Part shown: one piece after another, positions 22,364 through 35,500 of the stretch | How positions within the stretch are numbered: position 1 is the stretch's first letter | How the letters are laid out: each line of letters begins with the position of its first letter | NCBI RefSeq assembly: GCF_001194135.2 | Contig: NC_068993.1 | Span: forward strand, 6,543,958 to 6,607,957 | Source: Octopus bimaculoides | Lineage: Eukaryota | Direction: 5' to 3' | Length of the DNA stretch: 64,000 bases | Made by a program: the position numbers and the translations under genes | Notes under the pieces: generated by a model | Database searches by the model: none | What the model was told of the DNA's origin: nothing | Seen by the model: only the letters and a program-made list of their open reading frames with translations

Positions 22364-25300
22364 CTGGAGGAGAAGATAGGAACAATATTTTATTTATAAC
22401 AACGAAACTACTACTAACAACAACAACAACAACAACACAACCCTTTCTCCACAACGGTATTAGAACAAAGCAACGAGGAGGAATAAACGAACTTAAGGTT
22501 AATTAATATGTTTGTGACATATTTCAACTTCTAAAGGCAAATTTACAGCAGTTACCAATGAGAAAATTTCTCACTTATGGTAAAAGGTAATAAAAGCACC
22601 ATATCTGGTCAGTATCTTCCCCTAACAGACTCTCAAAATCTTTATATTTCCTCAGCAGGAGATACCAAAGAGCGATTACTTGAGCAGATTCTAGAGTTGT
22701 AGCTTTATCATGAAATAGTTATATTCATTTATTCCTCATCACAGCTTGGTGCTGATTCCATTATATTTGTTCCAAACAAACGGTCCATGAGAGTGTAGTA
22801 AGTTATAAAAGGTAACAATTATGCTTTTTCGGGCAAACGCCAATATACGAATTCTAAACTTTCGTCAAAGAAATCTTTCACGAAATACATTCTTAGAATT
22901 TGGATATGAGCAGTTATAAAAACCCTGATTTTTGGGAAATTACTCAGTGATCGTAGGATGTTACTAAACTCCATGACACTCACTCCTTGAGATATTGGCT
23001 ATTTTGGATTTTTTTTAAAACGGAGGCCACATTTTTCATTAACGAAACACTTTGAAACTTGGAACACTGGTAGAATGTGTCATATAAAACATCTTTTTCT
23101 CTTAGTCTTCTTAAAAAAAAAAGAAATCCTTAAGTTATTCCATGTTAAAGTTGTCGTATTTCTGTAATTTCAACCAATCACTGACGTCCATTCAGCCGAT
23201 ATACATTAAGTGCCGACTACATAAACAAACGATTCTGAAACAATTCTATCGGTGATAGGGTTAGGGTTAGGGTAAAACAGCAAATTTAAAAAAGAAAAAA
23301 GCAAATTTAAAATGAAAAAAAAACAAATAAAACGAAGCTATGGCTTAATCAGCCAAAGGAGTAAATATAAACAACTGAATACTTGTCAGTGATTGGTTGA
23401 AATTATCGAAATAAGACAATTTTTTACATGAAATAAATTCGAATACAAAAATATTTTTCTGTTCTATAACACAAAATAGATAAGTATACGAAGTTTGAAA
23501 GTCTTTCGGTACCAAAAATACTACGTAAAACATTAATGAAAAATGTGGCCGCCGTTTTAAAAAAGATCCACTATTTTTTATGTCATGTCTATGACTTGAA
23601 CTCTAGTAGTTAGTATGAAGGATTAGCTAGTGTGAATTTTAAGTCGTAATTCTCTATGACAAAATGACTTTACTTTCCAATTGTACTGTAAATGCTAAAT
23701 GTACATAAATAAACTAATGTAGTAATTATTTTCTCTTTCTTCATGTTCTTCAACTTGTTAATGAAATTTATTTCTGCAATTATGAAACTGAGTACTAGCA
23801 ATGACCATGCTTAATAGGTGTTTTTTACATGCCAATTGCATGGGAGCCAGTCCAGCGGCATTGGCAACGACCATGCTCGAATATTGTTTCTCACGTGCCA
23901 GTAAGGTGCCACTGGCAATGATGGATTATCTATATCTGTTTTGGATAATAAATTATTAACTTGTCTTTGTTAATTCTATATGTTCTGGCTGATCTCTTGT
24001 TTTCACAAACAAAATGGTTAAATTGAAAGGTGCTAAAGTACCAAAATGACCACTCACATTTTACCAATGTCATCGTACTTCATCTTGGTAGCTTTCTGTA
24101 TTGACCGCAGTGTGGCCATAATTGAAGCAGACCGTTGTTTTAAGGCCGGCCCATGGGAAACAAGAAGGTGTTCCAGCCAGGTGAGATAATATTGGATGTG
24201 AGCTGACTGTTCCATCTGACCGCTGATGAAGAACAGAAGTTTATCGACATAGGTGGAGTGGAGATTCTGGCAAATAAGCAAAACTACAACAAAGAAAAAA
24301 AGAAAAAAATCCATTTTAGCACAAAACAATTTTTATTTCCCCCATTTTTTAAAATAAAGTTTTTTTTTTTCATATTGGTTATCATGAAATTTTCTATACA
24401 CTTATGAAGCGAGCAGGTATTATTTATGGGTATTTTGGCAGAAGTAATATCTTCTGATCTGATGACCTTTTGACCCCTAGGTTTTAGAGGTCACAAGGTC
24501 GTTAATATTGTTTCTCCCAAAAGCATTGGTAGCTTAACCCTCTTGGTACCGACCTGCCAGACACAAATCCTTGTTTCTATGACACAAATTTCCTATTCTA
24601 AAGCGATCTAAATTAAAATCTTCCACCAAAATTTCATTTTAATTCATAGTCTAAAAACCAGTTTAATATTGACAAAGTCATTTTATTAAATTCTTCAATA
24701 TTTTCAAAAATTATTTAATGAAATAAAGGCAGTATACTACAAAAAAAAAAAAAAAAAGGTAGCAAAAGGTTTAATGCCATACAATAAGATAAGAGTTATG
24801 CAGTGGCCCTGAAATTCAATTTCAAGAAGTAATTAGCCAGAATACCATTCTGCTGGCTTCATTAGTTGACAGTGAAACTTACCATCTTTGAGTGGGATTT
24901 GTTCCAATACTTCCTGGATGATGGGATGTTCATTGAGGCGGAAACTGAGCATGAGAGCAGATGAATAATCTTTCTCCTTTAAGGTGTGCCGTATCTTGTC
25001 AGGAGTGATGTCTACTTCAAGTTCGAATGGATCGAATGTGAGGCTGTGATCGAGTGAATAGACAAGAAGACCCTCGGTTGTAGTTGCTGCCCATGCACGG
25101 CCTGGTTGATAAATAAACAAACAGAAATCATGTTAACAGCAGTGAAAGCATGTGGCAAAGTAGTTAAGGAGTTGCACTCATGATTACAAGAATGTGGTTT
25201 CAATTCTCAGACCAGCAGTGTGTTGCGTTCTTGAATAAAACACTTCATTTCATGTTTCTCTAGTTCCATTGTAAGCATCAAACTTACAATCGTGAGGTTG

Positions 25301-28300
25301 TGAGTTTGATTCCTAGACCAGGCTGTATGTTGTGTTCTTGAGCAAGACACTTTATTTCATGTTGCTCCAGTTCACTCAGCTGTAGAAATAAGTTGCGACA
25401 TCACTGGTGCCAAGCTGTGTCAGCCTTTGCCTTACTCTTGGATAACACTGGTGGCGTGGAGAGGAGAGGTTGGTATGCATGGGCGACTGCTGGTCTTCCA
25501 TAAACAACCTTGCAAGTAACTGGGAGGGTAACTTTCTCGGTGCAATCCCAGGATCAGTCATTACCGAAGGGGGTCTCAGCAATATGCACAAATAATGTGC
25601 ATGTATAGTAATCTCACTCCTTCTCGCAGAAGCCCTAGGAACCTTTTGCGAAACCCCAGTTGAGAAAAGGTGTTGTAAATTGTCTAATTTAAGCCATAAT
25701 AATGAAAAGAAATCCATAACAGAATAGAAATGAAGAAAATGGTTTTACCTGTTGGAGAGAAGCGAATACAGCAAACTCTAACTTCTGCCTTCCAACGTCT
25801 GGATGACATGTCTCCTCGGAGAACACCAGGTAAACTAATACTTTTACTTGTGCCATCCTCTTCTTCATCATCAATGAGTTCAATGTTACCCCATTCTGTC
25901 ATTTGTCTTTTGTCTAAAAACTCCTGGAAGAGAATAAAAAGAAATTTAAATAAACACACAAAAAAAAAAAAAAAAAAAAAAAAAATGACCAAGTATTAAT
26001 GCCTATTATTTATTCTGAATTAAATGGCAAACAAGCAAAAAACAACAACAAAAAACAAAAAAACATCCAAGACATCCAGGTTTCTTCTGACACCACAGAA
26101 TGTAATATAGGAAATCTGGGGTTAAAAGAGCCATCATCATTAGCAAGACCAAACCACAAAACTAAGCTGCTTACTACTTATTTGTTACACTAACAATCCT
26201 ATCTTGCACATGCAAAATAACTCTCTTTATACACAAACCACAGAACAGAAAAGTCAGCTTTCAACCTCGTATTTCCAAAGATTTCTCGAAAGAAGGGGGT
26301 TCTAACCGCAAAATAATGAGGTAAAAGATAAAAGTAGAAACCATCGACTTGTAGTGTACCTTGCATTGTTTTGCGGGGTTTTCCTTATAAAAACAGAAAA
26401 TATTTGTATATCATTTGGCTATTCAATCAATCAGTATGAGACATAATTACCAAGGGGGACAACCGCATACCTGGTCATTCCCCTTAGTAGTCCTGCATCG
26501 TTTCAGTCTTTATATTGAGGCGAGTATCTCTGAAACCACATCCTACCACTTAGAAAAAAATTACACTGATGATAGCAAAATCTTGGAGATGCAAGCCTAT
26601 CAAACATCTGACCTTGGGCTAAATAACCACCAGCACCAGCACCACCACTACTACTATGAATAATGGACTTGTATGAAATAATGAAACAGCTCAGGCAAAT
26701 TACACACACACACACAAGAATATATTTACCTCCATTCCGTCAAAGGATTTGTTGCAAGAAATTTCAAACTTTTTCATAAGAATTTGGTCTTCTACTGAAT
26801 AAATGCAGACATTCTTGGAACGGCCGGCAGCAAGGATAGCTTTCCCATCGGCTGAATAACAAATGGTGTTAAATGCCCTGAAAAATAACAAGAGTGAAAG
26901 ATTAACCATATCCCACTGACCATTGTCACAGTAATAGGGAAAGGAAATGGAAAAGGGATATTTGAGGGATCATGGGCCTGTCCCTTCAACCTCCTTAACC
27001 CTTTAGAGTTTAAACTGGCCATATCCAGCCAAAATATTCTACCTGTTTTACGTTTAAACCAGCCAGATTCGGCCTCTCACAGTTACCCTATAATGTCATT
27101 CTAAAAATACACAATCATATCATCAAAATCTCAAAGCTACAAGATAAGAGGAGATTAATTCAAAACAATGTGAATAGAAAAGCATTAGACAGGATAATCT
27201 GAATTATATGTACACACACATAAATACATATATATATATATAGTCATGTTCGAGGAGGATTTCTTCCAGTTTCTATCTACCAAATCCACTCACAAGGCAT
27301 TGGTTGGCTTCGTGCCATAGTAGAAGACACTTGGCCAAGGTGTTGTGCGGTGAGACTGAACCGAAGACCCTGATATTAGAAAGTAAGTTTCTTAATCACA
27401 CAATCAACGACTGTACCTATTTGCGTGAAGGACTTACTATATCCTTATTTACAAGTGTTTGTTCACTGATTGTTAAACAATAGCTTCGCAGACAATGGCC
27501 TTTGCTTGCAGTTCACCAGGGAAACATTTCTGGGTTTCTGAACATGCTTCACGTGATCTTTGCAAACACAAAGCTTTTGTTCATAAGGTGTCCAAGCTGT
27601 TTGTTGCTCGATAGACTGAGAGATTATTTTCTCACTTGGAAGAGAGACCCTTGCAACATGAAGGACACGCTGCCAAAGAAAACTTTGCCCTCAATATATA
27701 CTCTTGTCCGACTCATGCAAGCATGGAAAAGTAGATCTGTTGTCCATGCTGGCATGGGTTGGACAGTTTGACCAGGGCTGGTAAGCCGAGGAGCTGCACT
27801 AGATTCCAGTCTGATCTGGCATGGCTTCTATGGCTGGATGGCCTTCCTAATGCCATCCACTCTGAGTATAAAGAGTGCTTATACGTGCCACTGGCATGGG
27901 TGCCATTTGCACGAGACCAGTATTTGCCACGACTACAATTTTACTTGGCTTGGTGAGTCTTCTTCTCAAGCACGACATAAAGCCAAAGGTTTCGGTCATT
28001 CGTCATTGCCCCTGTGAGGCCCATGATAATGATGACATATATATAATAAACATACAACAGGCTTCTGTACAGTTTCTGTTTCCCAAATTTTACACACAAA
28101 GCAATAAGATAAATGTTGAAAGAGCCATGCAGTGCTTTTCAGTCCCAAATCCCAAGGTTTGTAAAGGAAACTTCTAAAACACACCACCATATTTATACCT
28201 AGCACCTAGGTTTCCCAAGGGTCACCCCTCTCAGTATTAATTTGGCTCAAACATTGTCAAACGTTAATGATTGGTCAGAGTTTACAATGAGATATAGCTA

Positions 28301-29463
28301 TGAAGAACAACTAAACAAAAGCCATGGGAAAGAAAATAGAAATAAAAAACTAAAAATACAATAAAATAAAATAACAGAGTTACTTACTGTCCAGCTGCTG
28401 ATTTTTTGGCAGTTATTTTATCTTCCAGTTTGCGGAAATAACCCAAGTCATGTCGTCCTTCAACTGAGCCGGTCTGGACCGCGGTCTGCGAGTCCCAAAA
28501 TGTTATAGAAGCATTGAGAGTTGCAATGGCCAACTGACCGCCATCAGGACGAAATGCAAGAGCCAAAACTATAAAAGAAAAGGGGGAGATGACAGAGAAA
28601 TGAAGTGTATTATGTATGATGATGATGATGATGGTAAAGGGAACTTTACTTGGCTCGGTGAGCCTTCTTCTCAAGCACGACCTGCTAAAGGTCTCGGTCA
28701 TTCGTCATTGTCACTTTGAGGCCCAGGATAATGATGACATATATATAATATATGTCATCCTGCCGCATGGTTCCTCCGAGGGTGCTCTTCGCCGAGTGTC
28801 CGAGGTGGCTGGTACGTTTACTGTGAAAAAATTAGAGTGCTCAGAGCGAGCCCTACCGGCTTGCATACGGAAAGCATTGTATAAATCTTCCATTTTGCAA
28901 CTTGATTCTTCCCATCAATAAGAGCCACTTATGCTTAGATGCATCTGAGGAAGGAGATGGCTCGGAGGTCATTTGGAAACATCAATTCATGATGTTTGTT
29001 GTTTAAGGATTAATTTTAGTGCTACTAATGACAGCATGTCGTTACACCTCCAGCCCATTCACCTGACATGATGAATCAACATAAAAATAAAGAAATTCAA
29101 TTAAGCGCCATAATTACCATCAGCATTTAAAGTCAGAGTTTCCCTTGCTCCTTTGTTTTCGAAAATGTCCCATAACTTGACAGTTTTATCCCAAGAGCCA
29201 CTGGCCAGCAGTGCTTGAGATGGGCTGAAGCTAAGGTCAGAGATAGGGGCTTCGTGTCCGGACAGTACATCGAGCAGACGTCCAGTTTTCATGGACCAGA
29301 CATAAATCTCAAATGAGTCTACAGTTCCGGCACACACGATTTCTCCACTTGGGTCGACTGTTAAACAGGAAAACTGGGCAGCTTGCGGAGAGGTAAATGT
29401 CCGGAAATTTCGGTAACTGGAAGAAAATGAGTGAAGGAATTGAAAAAAATGGGCAGATAAACA

Positions 29464-29518
<55 letters not shown>

Positions 29519-32500
29519 GTGTATGTATGTATGTATGTACGTATAGATAGATATGGAGTAGAGAGGGCATGCTGTTGATGAGGTCATTAATGAGGTCATG
29601 AAAGGACTTTGACAAACTTAGCTGATTGATTGACTGATAGAATATGACTAATGATTATTTAAATGGTTAATTAGTTATATGCTAATGAATAGTCAAATAA
29701 TAAAAATAAAAGAAGTGAAATAGAAACAGTGTGTATTTATTATTGGCATAATGACCCTACCAAGAGATAACAACATCTATTTTAAAACCTGAGTTCACAA
29801 AAAGGAGTCATGCAAAACATGTACAAAAATCAAATTTGTGTGCATACACACACACACACACATATATATATGGTGCAAAAATAAAAGTACATGAAGATGA
29901 GGTGAAAAAAATACTGTATTAGGTTTACACTCAGGAAAAATAGAAGGGAAAGTCTTACCGATTCAGATCAAATGCTCGCACCGTTCCATCCAATGAGGAA
30001 GAAAGCACCACCTGTCCTTGTTGGTTGAAGGTCACTCCAGTGATACCTGCTGTGTGTTCAGAGAATGTTACAAAACAGGAGCCACTCATCACATTCCAAA
30101 CTTTCACCTGAGATAAATTGAAAAAATTTACAAATTTAGAATTGTATACACAGGTAACTTTGTTTCATATATATNNNNNNNNNNNNNNNNNNNNNNNNNN
30201 NNNNNNNNNNNNNNNNNNNNNNNNNNNNNNTATATATATATATATTTTTAAACACATAACATGTAAAATGATACACATACCATGAAATAGAAAATTTGAT
30301 GGTTATGTCAAAGGTTCAGTTGGCATATAAACATTACTAATGTAGAGAATATTTTATATAAAAGATAAGAAAAATTTATGCTGACCTTCGCATCATCACC
30401 ACCGGTCACAATAAACTGACCATCAGGAGAGTATTGCAGACAGGTCATATTGTTGAAATGACCCTGCTGTTTTAAAATGTAGGTCTCACTCTGCCATTCC
30501 CATACCAGTAACTGACCGAGGCCACAACAACCCATAGCAATCCAGTCTCCGGTCTTGTTGAATTCCACAGCACCAACTAACTGGTCGGAAATACTGAAAA
30601 TACAGGTTATAACATTATATCACACACACATCATATATTTATATATATATATATATTGAAGGATACAAATTAGATGATATTTTTTTGAATGCAAAATTGC
30701 CATTAGAACAGCAAAAATACTGGTACATCAGTTAAATACCACAAATATAATCAGTTGTACATTTCTTGCATTTTTAGTATATTAAATTATAATGTATATA
30801 AATTTTTAGCATGTATATATATATATATATATATCATCATCATCATCATCATCGTTTAACGTCCGCTTTCCATGCTAGCATGGGTTGGACGATTTGACTG
30901 AGGACTGGTGAAACCGGATGGCAACACCAGGCTCCAATCTAATTTGGCAGAGTTTCTACAGCTGGATGCCCTTCCTAACGCCAACCACTCAGAGAGTGTA
31001 GTGGGTGTTTTTACGTGTTACCCGCACGAAAACGGCCACGCTCGAAATGGTGTCTTTTATGTGCCACCCGCACAAGAGCCAGTCCAGGGGCACTGCCAAC
31101 GATCTCGCTCGAAAAATAAAAAATGATGATCATCGTTTAATATCTGCTTTCTATGCTGGCATGGGTTAGACGGTTTGACTGAGAACTGACAAGCCAGAAG
31201 GCTGCACCAGGTTCCAATCTGATCTGACAAGGTTTCTACAGCTGGATGCCCTTTCTAATGCCAACCACTCCGAGAGTGTAGTGGTGCTTTTTAAATGCCA
31301 CTGGCACAGGGGCGAGAGGGGGTGGGCATCAACCATGATCAGATGGTGCCTTTTACATGCCACCAGCACAGGAGCCAGTCAAGGCGGCACTGGCATCAGC
31401 CACATTTAGATGGTGCTTTTTACATGCTGCCAGCACAGGGACTACAACTGCAATTTCCATTTGATTTGATGTTGATGTAACTTGACCCAACAGCTCTCTT
31501 CAACCACGGCATGTCATATATATATGGTTGCATTATTTTGACTGAGATAAGTAAAAGACAATAGATATGAATGTAAGAGTGTGTTTGTTGGTTGGGGTCT
31601 CCTCTATTGTTCTACCATCATCATGTGAGTTATTTTATGAATACAAAACAGAAGATCAAGTTGAGAGTATCAGGTATTGATGAGTGAAAAAATGTACCCA
31701 CCTTAAGGAATGGATAAGATTGGCAACAGGCATCTCGTGGATGAAGAAACAGCCATCTTCAAAGCCAGTCACCAATAAATTAGTTAGTTTATGAAAAGTA
31801 GCACTGGTCAGTTTGACTGCCATCTGTGAAGTTCCTTTGTCTCTTGACTGTTTCAAATTACATCTGAAATCATTTGGAAACAAAACAACATGGCTTTAGA
31901 ACAGAAAATAACCTCACATACTTATTTTATTCTAATATATCGGTGCAAATAAGGCTGTGTACTTGAAGCTCACTTTGCAATCAAAGCTACACACAAGCAC
32001 ACACATAAATGAAGAAAGTGCTTTTGATGGGGGGTACACAATAGCACATGGGTAATAATAGAAATGATGATAATTTTTCTATGGCACAAAGCCTGAAATT
32101 TTTCTGGAATGGCTCTCATCAATTGCATCAACCCCAGGGCTTAACTTGTGTTTATTTCATCAATGCCAAAAGGATGAAAGGAAAAGTCAACCTTGGCAGA
32201 ATATGAACTCAAAACGTAAAGACAAATGAAATGCCATGAAGCATTTTGTGAATGGGCCAACAGTTCTGCTAGCTTAATAATAATAATAATAATAATCCTT
32301 TCAATTATAGGCACAAGGCCTGAAATTTGGAGAGAGGGGACTAATCAATTACACTGACCCCAGTGTTTCACTGCTACTTAATTTGTTGACCCCAAAAGGA
32401 TGAAAAGTAAAGTTGACCTCAGCGGAATTTGAACCCACAACATAGTGATGGGCAAAATACCTCTAATCATTTCGTCCAGCATGCTAACAATTCTGCCAGC

Positions 32501-35500
32501 TCACTACCATCTTAATAATAATAATTCTTTCTACTATAGGTACAAAGCCTGACATTTTAGGGGGAGGGGATTAGTCGATTACATCAACCCCAGTGTATCA
32601 CTGGCACTTAAGAATAACAATAATAATACATTGTCATTGTCATCATCATCTTTCATGTTGGTATGGGTTGGATAGTTTGATAGGATCTCATGGGCCACAA
32701 AACTATATTGCACTCCAATGTTTACTTTGGCATGATTTCTGTGGTTGCTTGTCCTTTCTAATGGAAAAGCATACATAAAAACGAATTTGCTGAAGATCTA
32801 GAAAGAACAATCATTCATTTTTATTCTTTCTTTCAGAATAACGTTGCGTGTGATGCATACCATTGCAATTACAGTTCTCGCAAGACTCCAAAAATGTAGA
32901 CTACTCACCAAATGATCGTTACTAAACAACCATTCTGTTTTTAATGTTCTCTGCTTTTCTCTAAAGCAAACATCAAAAAGCCTCATCCAGAAGGCTGACA
33001 GTATTTTCCACTCCACCACAGGGAAATACAATTTTGACATAGTTGTAGAGTAAACAGAAGGAATGTCTCCTCACCTATGACCTTTCTTGTAAATGATCTT
33101 GTTCTTCACACGGTCATCTTCCACTTCTTGGCGGCGACGTTTTTGGGCCTCTGTAACAGAAGATTTACAAGCACAACGTTAAAATTTACCAGTATACACA
33201 TTTTGTTCTTTTCTACTCTAGGCACAAGGCCTGCAATTTTGGGGGAGGGGAACAGTCAATTAGATTAATATTATTATTATTATATAGCACACCACATAAA
33301 AATGCCTGTTGTATTGTCAATCACCCACTTTTTATCTCATGGTTGAGCGTTAAACAAACTCCCTTACAATATATTTAATTACCTGCCTTTGTATTATGAG
33401 GCAGAATGCTGCACAAAATGCCGCATGGAATTCGATTGTCTCCCCTTTAACATTTGAAATTCAAACACCACTAGAGGTCTCATATGCTCTTCTTCTTGTA
33501 ATCGATAAAATTAAGAAGAATTTGAAATATTAAAGTATGGATTAATTCAACAGCACCACCAAAAGTGTGCGTTTGTGTCTTGTGAGGAATCGTTACTATA
33601 ATTATATTTGGGATTGTGGGTGGTAGAACTGGCAGAGTGCCAAGACAAAATGCTTATGGGATTTTACTCATCAACATCACTAAGAGTCCATAAGATAATT
33701 ACATGATTTGCATGTCGTTTGAACATTAGATAATTTACCATTCCCTACTTAAAGATGAGCTTGTACATACACACACACACACACTAGTTTAATCATCATC
33801 ATCTTCATCATCACATGACTTCCACTATCATCAATAGGACAGCTTCATTTACATTAGAAATACATTCAGGAAAGGTATGAAAGCCTCTTTTCACCTATTA
33901 CCCCAACCCCATCCATCTATCTCCACCCATTATTCCAGGTAGGGTCATGGAAGGGAGAGTCTTTAGATGCCTCCTCAATAGGGTCCTATTTGAAGAAATC
34001 ATCATTAACCTCCTGGCTGGATTCTCAAATGTGATTGGCCGAGACTACGGATATTATCCAACTATTTCATTCCTGGTCCACCCCTAAGTCTCCTGTCAGT
34101 CTGCAGAATCCATCTTGTGATTCTTTTCTGTGACATTCTAATCCCAAGTCTGTAATACCAGAGCTGTAACGCTCAAAAATCTTTTTTTTTAATCTTAAAA
34201 ATTGAAGCATAAAAACAAAAAAGATTGAATGAAAAAAAGGAAGGACAAAAAGGTACCTGTAGACTGTTCTTCATCCGCATCGTCAGCATCTTTTTTAATT
34301 TCTTTTCCAGAAGATTCCAGTCCATCCAACCCAGTATTACATTCCCAGTAATTCACAATTCCATTTGCTGCTATTGTGTAAAGCTGAACAAAAAGACAAG
34401 TTAAGGAATTCCAAAACTATTTCAGAAGGAAATTTTACATTTTTATTGACTTCTCTAGTGCTGACACCACAAGAACAGACCCAGTAGACTCTGTAAAGTG
34501 GTTGGCATTAGGAAAGGCATCCAGTTGTAGAAGTCATGCCAAAGTAGACATTGGGCCTTAATGCATTCTCTGAATCCCCCTGTCAAACAATCCAACACCT
34601 GCCAGTACGGAATGCAGACGATAAATAAAGATGGCCCCTAATTTTTGGATCTGCTTTTATAACCTAAACGGGGTTCAGCTATTTCAGAAGGGAGCGGGTT
34701 ACAGTCTAGACCTGTAGTTCTCACCCTTTTTTTTTATTTACATATTGACCCCTCCGGTTCCCATTTCACTCAGGTGGACCCTCACAGCCATTCAATGTTT
34801 CTGTTGAGAGTAGACATGAAAACAACAATGGTGACGGAATGATTTTATGTGTATGTGTGAGTGTTTGTGTACAAGAGAGGTAGAAAACAAAAAGGATACA
34901 TTCATAGAATCTTTTTCAAAGAAGGCACCGACTATGCTGTCTGAATGACCTCCAACAGTGTAAATGATGAGATTCTTGAAGGGGATGGCACCATAGACAC
35001 GGGTTGACATATCTTTGGAGCCAACACATAGAACACTGGAAAGGAAAATAAACATTCATTTTCAAATGGAAGAAGTGGGGGGAATCAAAGTTTATTCAAT
35101 ATAATTAAATTCTAATAACAATGTGCATGTGTGTATGTATGCATGTAAGTGTGTATGACAGTGAGTGCAGCAAGAATGCGTGTATATGCAAGAGTGTGCC
35201 ATATGTGGGTTTGTATGTATGTGTATAAGAGTGTGTCACTGAATGTGTGTGTGTGTGTATTTGTATGTATATATATAGGTGTGTGTGTGATACTGAGCAT
35301 GTAACGCTGAGTGAGTGTGAGTATGTATACGTGTGTATATGTAAATGTGTGACACTGAATGAGCGCAAATATGTGTGTTTGTATGTACGCATGTAAACGT
35401 GTGTGTACGTACAATTCTTTCTAAAATAAGTGCAAGGCTCAAAGTTCAAAAGGAGGAAGGGAAATAGACAATTATATTGACACCACATTCCTTTCCCAGT

